Assembly: GCA_040378625.1 (NCBI GenBank)
Contig: JBEIMO010000001.1
Span: 1-37,044 of the forward strand
Length of the DNA: 37,044 nt
Source of the DNA: Verrucomicrobiia bacterium
GTDB lineage: Bacteria > Verrucomicrobiota > Verrucomicrobiia > Chthoniobacterales > Terrimicrobiaceae
Direction: 5' to 3'
Shown: positions 12,425 to 22,113 of the stretch, piece after piece
How positions within the stretch are numbered: the stretch's first letter is position 1
How the letters are laid out: the number at the start of each line of letters is the position of its first letter
Translations under genes and position numbers: made by a program
Notes under the pieces: generated by a model
The model's input: the letters and a program-made list of their open reading frames with translations, nothing else
Told to the model about the DNA's origin: nothing
Database searches by the model: none

Positions 12425-13861
12425 TCACTGCTCCGGGCTCATCAGGGCGGCTGCGCGACATTTGAAGCGGAAAAAGAAACTACCATTCTCAAAGGCGCGC
12501 AGATTTTCAGCGCGGCTGCGGTCAAAATCCGCCAGAAACATCGTTTCCACATCGGAGGCGAATTTTTTGTCCTGCACGGCCGTTGAGAGTTCGAAGTTCA
12601 GCATGAACGAGCGGTAATCGAGATTGATCGAACCAACGATCGCGATGTCGTCATCGGCAAGCAGCGCTTTCTGGTGCATGAAGCCTAATTCGTAACGCCA
12701 AACTTTAACGCCCGCCGCGCGGAGCTTTGGGTAATAGGTGAAGGCCGACAACCAAGGAAGGTGGTGGTCTGCCTTTTGGGGGAGGATGATGCGGACGTCC
12801 ACGCCACGGATCGCCGCATGACAAATCGCATGGAACAATGGGCTGGATGGCACAAAATATGGACTCGCAATCCAAAGCCGACGGGTGGCGCAATTGATAA
12901 TCGAAAGGAAGACGGCGGGACAAATGCTCCACTCTTCTGCGGGGCCAGACGCGATCGGAAAAACGGTAGCTGATCCAGTATGGAAGTGGCTGGCCGGGCG
13001 CAAACGGTATTCAGGAACTTTGCGGGTCACATAATTCCAATCCTCCAAAAATGAGAGCTGGAAGCCCACAACCGCTGGGCCGGTCACGCGAAGATGTGTG
13101 TCCCGCCATGGTCCAAAATGCCGGCTGCGCCCCATGTATTCGTCGCCGACATTGAGGCCGCCCAGGAATGCGATGCGCGAGTCTACAATGACAAGTTTGC
13201 GGTGATTGCGGAAATTGATCTGGAAATTCCGGCCGAACTGACGGTTCGTCACAAAGGCTTCCACCTCGATGCCTGCTCGGCGCAGTTTTTCCACCCACGA
13301 ATGCGGGAGCGCCTTTGAACCAACCTGATCGTAGAGCACGTGGCATTTGATTCCTCGTCCCGCTGCGGTCAAAAGCCGTGCGGCTAAGTCACGTCCCAGA
13401 CGATCATCGCGAATGATGAAAAATTGTATCCAGATGGATTCCTTGGCTTCATCCATCGCCTCAAAAATTGCATCGAATGTGGCTTCGCCATCCACCAGCA
13501 ATTGCACTTCGTTTCCGCTTGTGGCAGGCAAATGCGAGAGGTTTTGCGCCATTCTCGCTGACTCGGAAAACACGCCGCTGAACGTGCTTTTGTAACCATC
13601 CAAGTGCCGAATGATTGCCTGCAGTGCCTCATTCAACGGTTGGGATTTTCCACTTGCTGCACGCGTGTAACCGGCAAACCGGGATTCTCCAAAAACCAAA
13701 AACAAGGGGATTCCAACAATTGGTAAAACCACCAGAATTCCCGCCCAAGCGATCGCAGACTGCGGCGTTCTTGCCATGAGAATCGCCCGCATCGCCAACA
13801 AAATGCCTGCAACTTCCAGCAAGATAGTCAGCGTTGCGTAAGCTGGATTAAGAATGGCCAT
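12425..13861 (-). CDS. cls: Cardiolipin synthase (PLD superfamily)
   Basis: Two N-terminal TM helices and two HKD motifs: 'NHRKLVIVD...GGLNVGDEY' and 'MHQKALLADD...GSINLDYRS'. I prefer the ATG at 13861 over the TTG at 13882. Confidence 0.9.
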   Translation of the reverse strand: MAILNPAYATLTILLEVAGILLAMRAILMARTPQSAIAWAGILVVLPIVGIPLFLVFGESRFAGYTRAASGKSQPLNEALQAIIRHLDGYKSTFSGVFSESARMAQNLSHLPATSGNEVQLLVDGEATFDAIFEAMDEAKESIWIQFFIIRDDRLGRDLAARLLTAAGRGIKCHVLYDQVGSKALPHSWVEKLRRAGIEVEAFVTNRQFGRNFQINFRNHRKLVIVDSRIAFLGGLNVGDEYMGRSRHFGPWRDTHLRVTGPAVVGFQLSFLEDWNYVTRKVPEYRLRPASHFHTGSATVFPIASGPAEEWSICPAVFLSIINCATRRLWIASPYFVPSSPLFHAICHAAIRGVDVRIILPQKADHHLPWLSAFTYYPKLRAAGVKVWRYELGFMHQKALLADDDIAIVGSINLDYRSFMLNFELSTAVQDKKFASDVETMFLADFDRSRAENLRAFENGSFFFRFKCRAAALMSPEQ

Positions 13862-13970
13862 GACAGATAAACTGGGAACCAAATTTCAGGACAGGATGTC
13901 AGTATTGGCAAGATTTACAGGAGGGGGGTCGATTTGACTGACTACCGGTTTCGGATGTGCCGAGCCGAAA

Positions 13971-15111
13971 TCAATCTTCGTCGTCTGTGTCGTCTGCACC
14001 TTTTTTGTAGGTGAGGCCGCGGAGTTTTCCTTCGATGAAGGCATCAATATCGCCATCCATCACGGCTTGAATGTCACCGGTCTTAACGCCGGTGCGCAGA
14101 TCTTTCACCATCTGGTAAGGCTGGAAGACATAGCTGCGAATTTGGTTTCCCCAAGCGACGTCGCCTTTTTCTCCGTATTGGCGATCGACTTCGGCGCGTT
14201 TTTTATCGCTTTCGATTTGGAAGAGTTTGGCTTTAAGAAGCTGGAGGGCGAGTTCGCGGTTGCGGCCCTGACTGCGTTCCGCTTGACAGGCGACGACGAT
14301 ACCGCTGGGAATGTGGGTGAGTCGAACGGCGGTTTCAACTTTGTTCACGTTTTGGCCGCCTTTTCCGCCGGCGCGGAAGGTATCGAGTTTGATATCGGCT
14401 TCGTTGACTTCAACCGGCACGTCTTCAATTTCGGGCACAGCGTCAACGCCTGCAAATGAGGTGTGGCGGCGTTTATTCGAGTCGAATGGCGAAATGCGAA
14501 CAAGGCGATGAACTCCGCGCTCGGTCTGGAGGTAGCCGTAGGCGTTCTCGCCTGTGACGCGCAGTGTGGCCGACTTGATGCCCGCTTCGTCGCCGAGTTG
14601 AATGTCCGTGATCGCGCAATCGAGGCCATGGCGCTCCATCCAGCGTTGATACATGCGCAGGAGCATATCGGCCCAATCGCACGACTCCGTGCCGCCCGCT
14701 CCGGCATTGATGGAGAGGAAGGCAGGGCAGTTGTCGTAGGGGCCGGAAAGAAGCGATTTGATCTCAAATTTATCCAGGTCGGCCGAGATCGAGGCATGTT
14801 CGGCCAGCACTTCTGCGGCGGCTGTGGCTTGGTTTTCGGGCGATTCCTCCAAAGCGAGTTCGCGCAGGATTTCGAGATCCGAGGCGCGCGACTCCAAAGC
14901 CTCGAGGGGCTGGATTTTTCCACGCAGTGAGGAAACTTCGGCGACGTCCCTCTGGGCGCGTTCTCTGTTGTCCCAGAAGTCCTGTTCGGCCATGCGGGCC
15001 TCAATTTCCGCTAAGCGGCGAGTGAGAGTAGGTAAGTCAAAGGAACCTCCGCAAAGAGGCCAGACGGGCTTTAATTGCGGAGGTGTCGAGTAGTTGAAGT
15101 TCGTCGCTCAT
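13971..15111 (-). CDS. prfB: Peptide chain release factor 2, expressed through a programmed +1 ribosomal frameshift (join 15111..15040, 15038..13971)
   Basis: ORF0 is ATG 15111, [24 protein letters not shown], then in-frame TGA (15039-15037). The +1 frame continues [24 protein letters not shown]... into the 340-aa ORF, which carries 'SPF' and 'GGQ' ('[19 protein letters not shown]'). Confidence 0.92.
15036..15050 (-). promoter_or_regulatory. RF2 autoregulatory +1 frameshift site (internal SD-like GGAGG, then CTT TGA C)
   Basis: The minus strand reads GGAGG-TTC-CTT-TGA-C. This matches the canonical CUU UGA C slippery/stop context with an upstream Shine-Dalgarno-like element. Confidence 0.88.
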
Positions 15112-15160
15112 GAAAAATGGTGCCACAAGCTATCAGTCCGCTGCCGAACAGCAAATGAAA

Positions 15161-15529
15161 TCAGGGTTTTGCCGACTTGGCGCTGATCGCGGTGGGTGTG
15201 GCTTTTGCGGGAGACGTGTCGACGCGGAAGATGGTTTCTCCCTCCTTCATGACGCCGATTTTGTCGCGGGCAATGATTTCGACATATTCGGGATCATTTT
15301 GGAGCAGTTGAACCTCGCGGGTGCGTTGCTGGCGGATGAGTTGTTCGTTGGAGAGTTTCGACTGCTCCTGGTCGAGTTGAACGGTGAGCGCGCGACGGCG
15401 CTCCAGCTCAGGCATAAAGGCAAACAATCCAATCGCGATCGCGCCAATCACGATTAAGGTAATAATTAATCGATTGGCCTTGTGCCATGTTTCTGGATTG
15501 CGTCGACGTTTGGAACGAATTTCCTGCAC
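15161..15529 (-). CDS. Septum formation initiator family protein (FtsB/DivIC-like)
   Basis: It has a basic N-terminus, a single TM helix, then a coiled coil, with 'DPEYVEIIARDKIGVMKEGE' typical of the FtsB/DivIC family. Length 122 aa. Confidence 0.7.
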   Translation of the reverse strand: MQEIRSKRRRNPETWHKANRLIITLIVIGAIAIGLFAFMPELERRRALTVQLDQEQSKLSNEQLIRQQRTREVQLLQNDPEYVEIIARDKIGVMKEGETIFRVDTSPAKATPTAISAKSAKP

Positions 15530-15587
15530 GGAATCTTTCTTATTCGGCTACGGGTAAAAATCCAGCCGCGAATTTTTTGCTGATTTT

Positions 15588-16730
15588 TTAGGCTCCGAGA
15601 GGGATGCGCTGCCAGGTTGCTTTCCAGTCGCGAAGGGATTGTTTGAAGCTTTCGGAGGCTTCTTTGACCTTGCGACGAAGTTCGGCCATTTCACGGCGGG
15701 AAACTTCGGTTTTTCCTGCGGCGGCAGAACGGTATTCGACTAGGAGTTCTTCCCAGCGGAGCAAAGCCTCATTCATTTGGGCGCGTGCGCTTTCGAGCAC
15801 GGCATGAATGGAATCGGAAAATGCTGCGGGATGGGATTGCAGGCGCGCCTGCAGCTGGATTTCCTGTTCAGCGACTTGGGCTTTGAGAATTTTTTCTTCT
15901 GGCACTGTGCGAAGATCGCTGGCGAGTCCCAATTTGCTAAGGAGCCAAATAGCCCATTTGGTGGGATCGTATTGCCAAGGTTTCACGCCATTGCGGTAGT
16001 CGTGTTGGAATTCGTGGTGGAAGTTGTGATACCCCTCGCCGAAAGTGAAAACCGCCATCAGGAAGCTGTCCCTTGCGGAGCAATGCGTGGAGTAGGGGCG
16101 ATCGCCAATCCAGTGGCAGAGCGAGTTGATGCAGAATGTCGAGTGGTGGACAAAAACGACGCGCGCAAATCCAGAAATGAGGAATGAGCCCAGAGCCGCA
16201 TTGGCGCCTCCGTAGATGTAACCGATGATCGCAGGAAGTCCGAAACTCATGAAGATGGCGATCGGCACATAAAATTGATGCTGCCACCATGCGAGACGGT
16301 CTTTTTGCAAATCTCTCACCCAAGTGAGCGGGGTATCTGGTGAGCGGCGGAAAAGGAGCCATCCAATGTGGGCATGAAAAAGTCCGCGCGAGATGTCATA
16401 GGGATCATCATCATGGTCCACAAATTTGTGGTGACGGCGATGGTCGGCCGACCAAGCCAGAGCCGAGCCCTCAAAAGCGGCGGCCCCAAAGAGAAGGACG
16501 TAGAGTTTTACAAGGGGATTTGCCTGAAACGTAAGATGGGAAAAAAGGCGGTGATAGCCGAGCGTGATGCCCATGCCGGTCGAAAACGTGAAGAAAAGGA
16601 ACAGAGCTGCCTGAAAGAGGTTGATGCCATTTTGCCAGATGTAGAATGGCACGGCCGTGCAGGTGACGGTGAACGTCCCAATCAGGAAGATGCTGTTTGT
16701 AACGCGGACTTTGCTCAGAAGTTTATTCAT
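15588..16730 (-). CDS. Acyl-CoA/acyl-lipid delta-9-type fatty acid desaturase
   Basis: Three His boxes are present: 'HRLFSH', 'HRRHHKF', 'HNFHHEF', plus TM helices. I chose the start at ATG 16730 (MNKLLSK...). The track's 5' extension to 16958 would run into the divergent gene. Confidence 0.85.
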   Translation of the reverse strand: MNKLLSKVRVTNSIFLIGTFTVTCTAVPFYIWQNGINLFQAALFLFFTFSTGMGITLGYHRLFSHLTFQANPLVKLYVLLFGAAAFEGSALAWSADHRRHHKFVDHDDDPYDISRGLFHAHIGWLLFRRSPDTPLTWVRDLQKDRLAWWQHQFYVPIAIFMSFGLPAIIGYIYGGANAALGSFLISGFARVVFVHHSTFCINSLCHWIGDRPYSTHCSARDSFLMAVFTFGEGYHNFHHEFQHDYRNGVKPWQYDPTKWAIWLLSKLGLASDLRTVPEEKILKAQVAEQEIQLQARLQSHPAAFSDSIHAVLESARAQMNEALLRWEELLVEYRSAAAGKTEVSRREMAELRRKVKEASESFKQSLRDWKATWQRIPLGA

Positions 16731-16881
16731 GAAGATCGATTGAGGAGGCTGTTGGGGCAGCAGTTGTTTTACTAATAGACAACCTACAATCTCCAAATTT
16801 GACGCGTATGCAAGCGCTCGATGCAAATATTGAAAGTGCCGGTGGACACTCTCACGCGCCACATGATATGAAATTCCCTGC

Positions 16882-18843
16882 ATGAGCACGCTTATCTCCT
16901 CCGTTAAACAAGCCGCCGCAGAGGGCAGGCTTCTCCCCGAATCCGCTGAAAATATCATCAGCCTCCTTTCTCGCAGTTCGTCTCCAGTTTATCCTGCCGC
17001 TGTGCAGGAATTGGTGGATGCTGGAAATTGGGCGGAGTTGGATAACCGGTTTTTCCGCACGCTGGCTTTTGGAACGGGAGGGTTGCGAGGAAAGACAATC
17101 GGAGCAGTAGTCACGCAGGCAGAGCGGGGAACGCCGCAGGCACTCGGACGTCCGGAATTTCCCTGCGTGGGCACCAATGCCATGAATTTCTACAACATCA
17201 GCCGCGCTACTCAGGGGCTGACGCTTTATGTAAGGGAGCATTTTGCTAAAAACAATCGACCCGGCAAAGCGGCGATCTGTCTCTGTCACGATACCCGGTT
17301 TTTTTCCCGCGAATACGCCGAGTTGGCGGCAAAAATAATCACTGACCTTGGATGTGATGCTTATCTTTTTGAAGGCCCACGTTCAACGCCCGAGCTGTCT
17401 TTTGCGGTTCGTCATGTCAAAGCGCAGGCAGGCATCAATCTCACGGCCAGTCACAATCCGCCGGAATACAACGGCTACAAAGTTTATTTTGAAGATGGAT
17501 GTCAGGTCACCGAGCCGCACGCTTCAGGGATTATCGACATGGTTAATTCCGTGCAGAGCGAGGATTACACGGCTGTTCCCGCCGGCGATCGTGGGCGCGT
17601 GATTCCGATGGGTGAAGAAATTGATGAGGCTTACATGCAGCGACTGGGCACATTGCCACTCGATCCCGAGCTGATCCGCCGCGAAAATTCACTCAAAATT
17701 GTTTACACCCCTCTTCACGGCGTGGGGGGAGTGATTATCAAGCCCATGCTCAAGCGCCTCGGCTTTCATTGCGATGCCGTCGTCGAGCAGGAGGTTCCAG
17801 ATGGTCGGTTCCCAACCGTTAAATCTCCGAACCCGGAAAATGCCGAAGCCCTTTCCATGGCCATTGCCCAAGCCAATAAAACAGGAGCGGATCTCGTGAT
17901 TGCAACCGATCCGGATGATGATCGCATGGGTATTGCGGCGCGGAATGCCGAGGGGCAAATGCAACTCATCACCGGCAACCAAATCGGCTCGATTCTCGCA
18001 TGGTATCGGGCGATGAAGTTTTTCGAGCTTGGAATTCTCAACGACTCCAACCGCTCTCGCGGGGTGATCATTAAAACATTTGTCACCACGGATCTTCAAA
18101 AGGCGATTGCTGATAAATTTGGCCTTCGCTGTGTCGAGACGCTCACCGGTTTCAAATATATCGGCGAGAAGCTCGGAAAATACGAATCTGCGATCCCTGC
18201 GAACCTGCGTCAAAACTATACGGAAATTCCAGAAAATGAAACCCGCCGCCTGCGCTTAGAGCACTCGAGTTTCTACGTCTTTGGCGGCGAGGAAAGCTAC
18301 GGTTACAGTGCCTCGGATTTTGTGAGGGACAAGGACGGCAACTCGGCCGCCGTTCTTATTGCAGAAGCTGCTGCCTACGCAAAATCCCAAGGACTTACTC
18401 TTGCAGGTCTCCTCGATCATATCTTCGCTGAATTCGGTGTTTATCTTGAACGCGGCGAATCGCTCACGATGGACGGTGCTGAAGGCGCGGCACAGATCAA
18501 AAAACTTGTCGCCTCCTACGCAGCCAACCCTCCTGCCGTCATCGATGGCGCGAAAGTAACTGGCATTCAAAATTTCGCCACGGATGTCATTCATGACGTC
18601 GAGGGCGACCGCATCCCTGCTGAGGCAATGCTGATGATCACGCTTGCCGATCGACGGCGCGTGGCTGTTCGCCCCTCTGGCACCGAGCCAAAAATCAAAT
18701 ACTACATGTTCGCCGCGAAGACCCCCGAATCTGGTCATGTCTTCGCCCTCGCCGAAGTGGCCTCCGTTCGTGAATCCGTCACCGCCTCGCTCGCGAGCCT
18801 GTGGACTGCTCTCGAGGCGGATGCGAAAGTGCGCTTGGGCTGA
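16882..18843 (+). CDS. Phosphoglucomutase/phosphomannomutase family (alpha-D-phosphohexomutase)
   Basis: Phosphoserine loop 'TASHNPPEYNGYKVY', metal loop 'ATDPDDDRMG', sugar loop 'GGEESYG', phosphate loop 'RPSGTEPKIK'. Confidence 0.88.
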   Translation: MSTLISSVKQAAAEGRLLPESAENIISLLSRSSSPVYPAAVQELVDAGNWAELDNRFFRTLAFGTGGLRGKTIGAVVTQAERGTPQALGRPEFPCVGTNAMNFYNISRATQGLTLYVREHFAKNNRPGKAAICLCHDTRFFSREYAELAAKIITDLGCDAYLFEGPRSTPELSFAVRHVKAQAGINLTASHNPPEYNGYKVYFEDGCQVTEPHASGIIDMVNSVQSEDYTAVPAGDRGRVIPMGEEIDEAYMQRLGTLPLDPELIRRENSLKIVYTPLHGVGGVIIKPMLKRLGFHCDAVVEQEVPDGRFPTVKSPNPENAEALSMAIAQANKTGADLVIATDPDDDRMGIAARNAEGQMQLITGNQIGSILAWYRAMKFFELGILNDSNRSRGVIIKTFVTTDLQKAIADKFGLRCVETLTGFKYIGEKLGKYESAIPANLRQNYTEIPENETRRLRLEHSSFYVFGGEESYGYSASDFVRDKDGNSAAVLIAEAAAYAKSQGLTLAGLLDHIFAEFGVYLERGESLTMDGAEGAAQIKKLVASYAANPPAVIDGAKVTGIQNFATDVIHDVEGDRIPAEAMLMITLADRRRVAVRPSGTEPKIKYYMFAAKTPESGHVFALAEVASVRESVTASLASLWTALEADAKVRLG

Positions 18844-18861
18844 GTGGAACGAGTTCTGCGT

Positions 18862-19416
18862 ATGAAGCCATCGGTGACTCTGGAATCATTGATTCACGAA
18901 ATTCGTGGAGAGAAAGTGATTTTCGATAGTGACCTCGCAAGGATTTATGGGGTTGCTACGCGTGTTTTGAACCAAGCCGTTAAACGCAATCAGGAGAGGT
19001 TTCCGAAAGACTTCATGTTTTCTCTTACACGCGATGAGATTAAAAGCATGTCACAATCTGTGACATCCTTGGCTCGTTTGAAATTTTCAAAAGAGGTTCG
19101 GGCCTTTACCGAGCACGGAGCATTAATGGCGGCAAATGTTCTGAACAGCGCCGAGGCGGTCAAGATGAGCGTTCACCTTGTTCGTGCATTTATCAAGCAG
19201 CGCGAGCTTATAGCCAGCCAAGCGGAAATTTTGAAAAAGCTGGCTCAGATGGATGCCAAACTTCTCAAGCATGACGAGGCGCTGCGAATGATCTGGCGGG
19301 AGCTTCAGCCGCTTCTCACTCCTGCTTCCCAGTCGCCAAAACCGGAAATCGGGTTTCATGTGCGCGAGGAGGGGTCGCCATACAAGGCTTCGAAGAAAAA
19401 AGAGCATCGAATTTGA
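18862..19416 (+). CDS. ORF6N (KilA-N-related) domain DNA-binding protein
   Basis: 'IHEIRGEKVIFDSDLARIYGVATRVLNQAVKRNQERFPKDFMFSLTRDE' plus 'FTEHGALMAANVLNS' is the typical ORF6N signature, followed by a C-terminal coiled coil. The ATG at 18862 starts 19 nt after the upstream stop. Confidence 0.7.
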   Translation: MKPSVTLESLIHEIRGEKVIFDSDLARIYGVATRVLNQAVKRNQERFPKDFMFSLTRDEIKSMSQSVTSLARLKFSKEVRAFTEHGALMAANVLNSAEAVKMSVHLVRAFIKQRELIASQAEILKKLAQMDAKLLKHDEALRMIWRELQPLLTPASQSPKPEIGFHVREEGSPYKASKKKEHRI

Positions 19417-19504
19417 GTCCAATCCCCCAGCATTTGACCTTTGGCTCTATTGGGGTAAGTGCGGGGCTTGCCGTCAGATTTCTGGCGGTTAATATGCCCC
19501 GCTT

Positions 19505-21619
19505 ATGAAGCCCATTACGGCTCACGAAAAAACATTTGCCGGCCACAGGTTGAGTTGCGGTCATCTTCTGCCTTTTGGCGTGAGCCATGTTCCCGGCGGA
19601 GTGAATTTTTCGATCTTCAGCGCGAATGCGACGGGGTGCACTCTGGTATTATTTGAGCGCGGAACGGATAAGCCGATCGCTGAAATTCCGTTCCCCTTGG
19701 AGTTTCGTCTCGGCCACGTTTGGGCGATGGTGGTGCACGATTTGCCATACGAAGAGCTGGAATATGGCTTTCGTATGCAAGGTCCATGGAGTCCGAGGGA
19801 GGGCCACTATTTTGATGCATCCAAAATCCTGCTCGACCCGCATGCCCGCGAGATCGTGGGTCGAGAGACATGGATGCGTAAACCCGACGCATCTAAAAAA
19901 CCCATCTATCGCTCGCGAATTCCAGGCGGTTCGGAATTGCCGTCGCCGAATGATTTTCCGCATGTGCGCGATAGCGATCTCATCATTTATGAAATGCATC
20001 TGCGCGGCTTCACTCGCAATCCGAATTCGGAGGTGAAGGCTCCCGGAACATATGCTGGCCTTGCTGAAAAGGCGGATTACCTGAAAGATCTTGGAGTCAA
20101 TTGTGTCGAGTTGATGCCGGTTTTTGAATTCGACGAGACGGAAAATCCCCGCACAAATCCGACCACCGGAGACATTCTGAGTAATTACTGGGGTTACAGC
20201 ACGGTGGGATTTTTTGCTCCGAAAAGCAGTTATGCCGTGAAAGCCGCAGAAGGGCTTCAAGTAAAGGAAATGAAGGACATGATTCATGCCCTTCATTTGA
20301 ACGGCATAGAAATCATGCTGGACGTAGTTTTCAATCACACTGCCGAAGGCGGCGCAGATGGCCCAGTTTTTTCCTTCCGAGGAATTGATAACAAAACCTG
20401 GTATATCCTCGATGAAAAGGGAGTCTTCGCGAACTACTCTGGTTGCGGAAATACAGTGAACTGCAACTACCCGGCGGTGCGGGAATTTGTTATTAATTGC
20501 CTGCGCTACTGGGCGGCGGAATATCATGTGGACGGCTTCCGCTTTGATCTGGCTTCGATCCTCGGGCGTGACAGCAATGGATGCCCGCTGACGAATCCGC
20601 CATTGCTCGAATTCCTCGCGCACGATCCAGTGCTTGCGGATTGCAAACTAGTGGCCGAAGCCTGGGATGCTGGGGGGCTCTATCAGGTCGGAAATTTTCC
20701 ATCATACGGCCGTTGGATGGAATGGAATGGAAAATACCGCGATTGCGTGAGGAAGTTCCTCAAAGGCGATCCGGGCATGGTTGGCGAAATGGTTCAGCGC
20801 ATCATGGGCTCACCGGATCTCTACGCGCCAGCGAGACGCAAGGCCACGGCCTCGGTGAATTTTATCACGTGTCATGACGGCTTCACGCTGCGCGATCTCT
20901 TTTCCTACAATGAAAAACACAATCTTGAAAATGGGGAGAACAACAACGATGGGACGAATGACAACCTGAGCTGGAATTGCGGCGTTGAAGGCGAAACAGA
21001 CGATCCCGCGATTTTGGATCTGCGCCTTCGTTTGAGTAAAAATGCCATGGCTCTGCTCATGGTTAGTCAGGGTATTCCCATGATTTCCATGGGCGATGAG
21101 TGTGGGCGAACCCAACGTGGAAACAACAATGCCTATTGTCATGACGCCGAATGGAACTGGATGGATTGGCAACCGGATGCGCGAGGGGAGTCGCTCCACC
21201 GCTTTACCAAATCCATGATTGCATTCCGCAAGGACAACGCCGTTCTTCGTCAATCTGAATTTCTCACCGAGCGCGATCAGGTAGGCAGCGGGTATCCCGA
21301 TATCAGTTGGCACGGCGTTCTTCCTTGGCATCCCGACTGGTCGGCCTCCAGTCGCTCGCTCGCATTTATGTTGTGCGGTCGCCACAGCCAAGCCATCGGA
21401 GGCAACCACCAGTTCATCTATGTGGTTTGCAATATGTATTATCAGTCCCTGAATTTTGGCCTGCCGGTGCTTCCCAAATCCATGAATTGGTATCGATTTG
21501 CAGACACCAGTCTTCCCGGCACGGATGACATCTGTAAAATCGGTAAAGAAACGCTCCTGCCGATTCAAAAAAGCTACGCCATCCGCGAGTGGAGCGTGGC
21601 CATTCTTGTCGGAAAATAA
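19505..21619 (+). CDS. glgX: Glycogen debranching enzyme (isoamylase-type, GH13)
   Basis: GH13 regions 'DVVFNHT', 'GFRFDLAS', 'EAWD', 'FITCHDGFTL'. The N-terminal 'GVNFSIFS' module is typical of GlgX. Confidence 0.9.
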   Translation: MKPITAHEKTFAGHRLSCGHLLPFGVSHVPGGVNFSIFSANATGCTLVLFERGTDKPIAEIPFPLEFRLGHVWAMVVHDLPYEELEYGFRMQGPWSPREGHYFDASKILLDPHAREIVGRETWMRKPDASKKPIYRSRIPGGSELPSPNDFPHVRDSDLIIYEMHLRGFTRNPNSEVKAPGTYAGLAEKADYLKDLGVNCVELMPVFEFDETENPRTNPTTGDILSNYWGYSTVGFFAPKSSYAVKAAEGLQVKEMKDMIHALHLNGIEIMLDVVFNHTAEGGADGPVFSFRGIDNKTWYILDEKGVFANYSGCGNTVNCNYPAVREFVINCLRYWAAEYHVDGFRFDLASILGRDSNGCPLTNPPLLEFLAHDPVLADCKLVAEAWDAGGLYQVGNFPSYGRWMEWNGKYRDCVRKFLKGDPGMVGEMVQRIMGSPDLYAPARRKATASVNFITCHDGFTLRDLFSYNEKHNLENGENNNDGTNDNLSWNCGVEGETDDPAILDLRLRLSKNAMALLMVSQGIPMISMGDECGRTQRGNNNAYCHDAEWNWMDWQPDARGESLHRFTKSMIAFRKDNAVLRQSEFLTERDQVGSGYPDISWHGVLPWHPDWSASSRSLAFMLCGRHSQAIGGNHQFIYVVCNMYYQSLNFGLPVLPKSMNWYRFADTSLPGTDDICKIGKETLLPIQKSYAIREWSVAILVGK

Positions 21620-21625
21620 AAAGCC

Positions 21626-22045
21626 ATGCCTGACGGATTTGTTGCCGCCGCCCACTTAGCCACAACGGTTGCGATGACTGGCCTCATTTGGTTTGTTCAA
21701 ATTGTCCACTATCCGATGATGAGCCGATTTCCTCGTTGGGACTTCGGGTCGATCGAGAGGGAGCATTGCGACCGAACAGGATTTGTTGCGGCGCCCCTGA
21801 TGCTCGTCGAGGTCTTCACGCTGGGAATTTTGCTTTTCGAAGGATTCCGCCAACCGATGTTTTTGGTGAGCGCGGCATTGCTGGCCATCATTTGGGCCTC
21901 GACCTTTTTCTTTCAAGTGCCCGCTCACAGGGCGCTTTTGCGGGGGTGGAATCCCTCTATTCAGCGGCGCCTTGTTTTAACAAATTGGATTCGCACGATC
22001 GGATGGTCTGCAAGGTCGGTAATCCTCTTAGGAATTTTTTTGTAA
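21626..22045 (+). CDS. Hypothetical integral membrane protein (about 4 TM helices)
   Basis: Hydrophobic segments are spaced as four helices, and the gene is tightly packed after glgX. I could not assign a family. Confidence 0.5.
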   Translation: MPDGFVAAAHLATTVAMTGLIWFVQIVHYPMMSRFPRWDFGSIEREHCDRTGFVAAPLMLVEVFTLGILLFEGFRQPMFLVSAALLAIIWASTFFFQVPAHRALLRGWNPSIQRRLVLTNWIRTIGWSARSVILLGIFL

Positions 22046-22113
22046 AAACCCCTTGCCCTCATTCGACTTCTCGGCTACTTATCTCGCCCCTTATCTAAAA
22101 AACCAACAACCTC

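Noticed and set aside
14345-15004. 219-aa alternative-frame ORF overlapping prfB on the same strand
   Set aside because: It is explained by the RF2 frameshift architecture and a Pro/Arg/Ser-rich translation. The RF2 frame carries the SPF and GGQ motifs.
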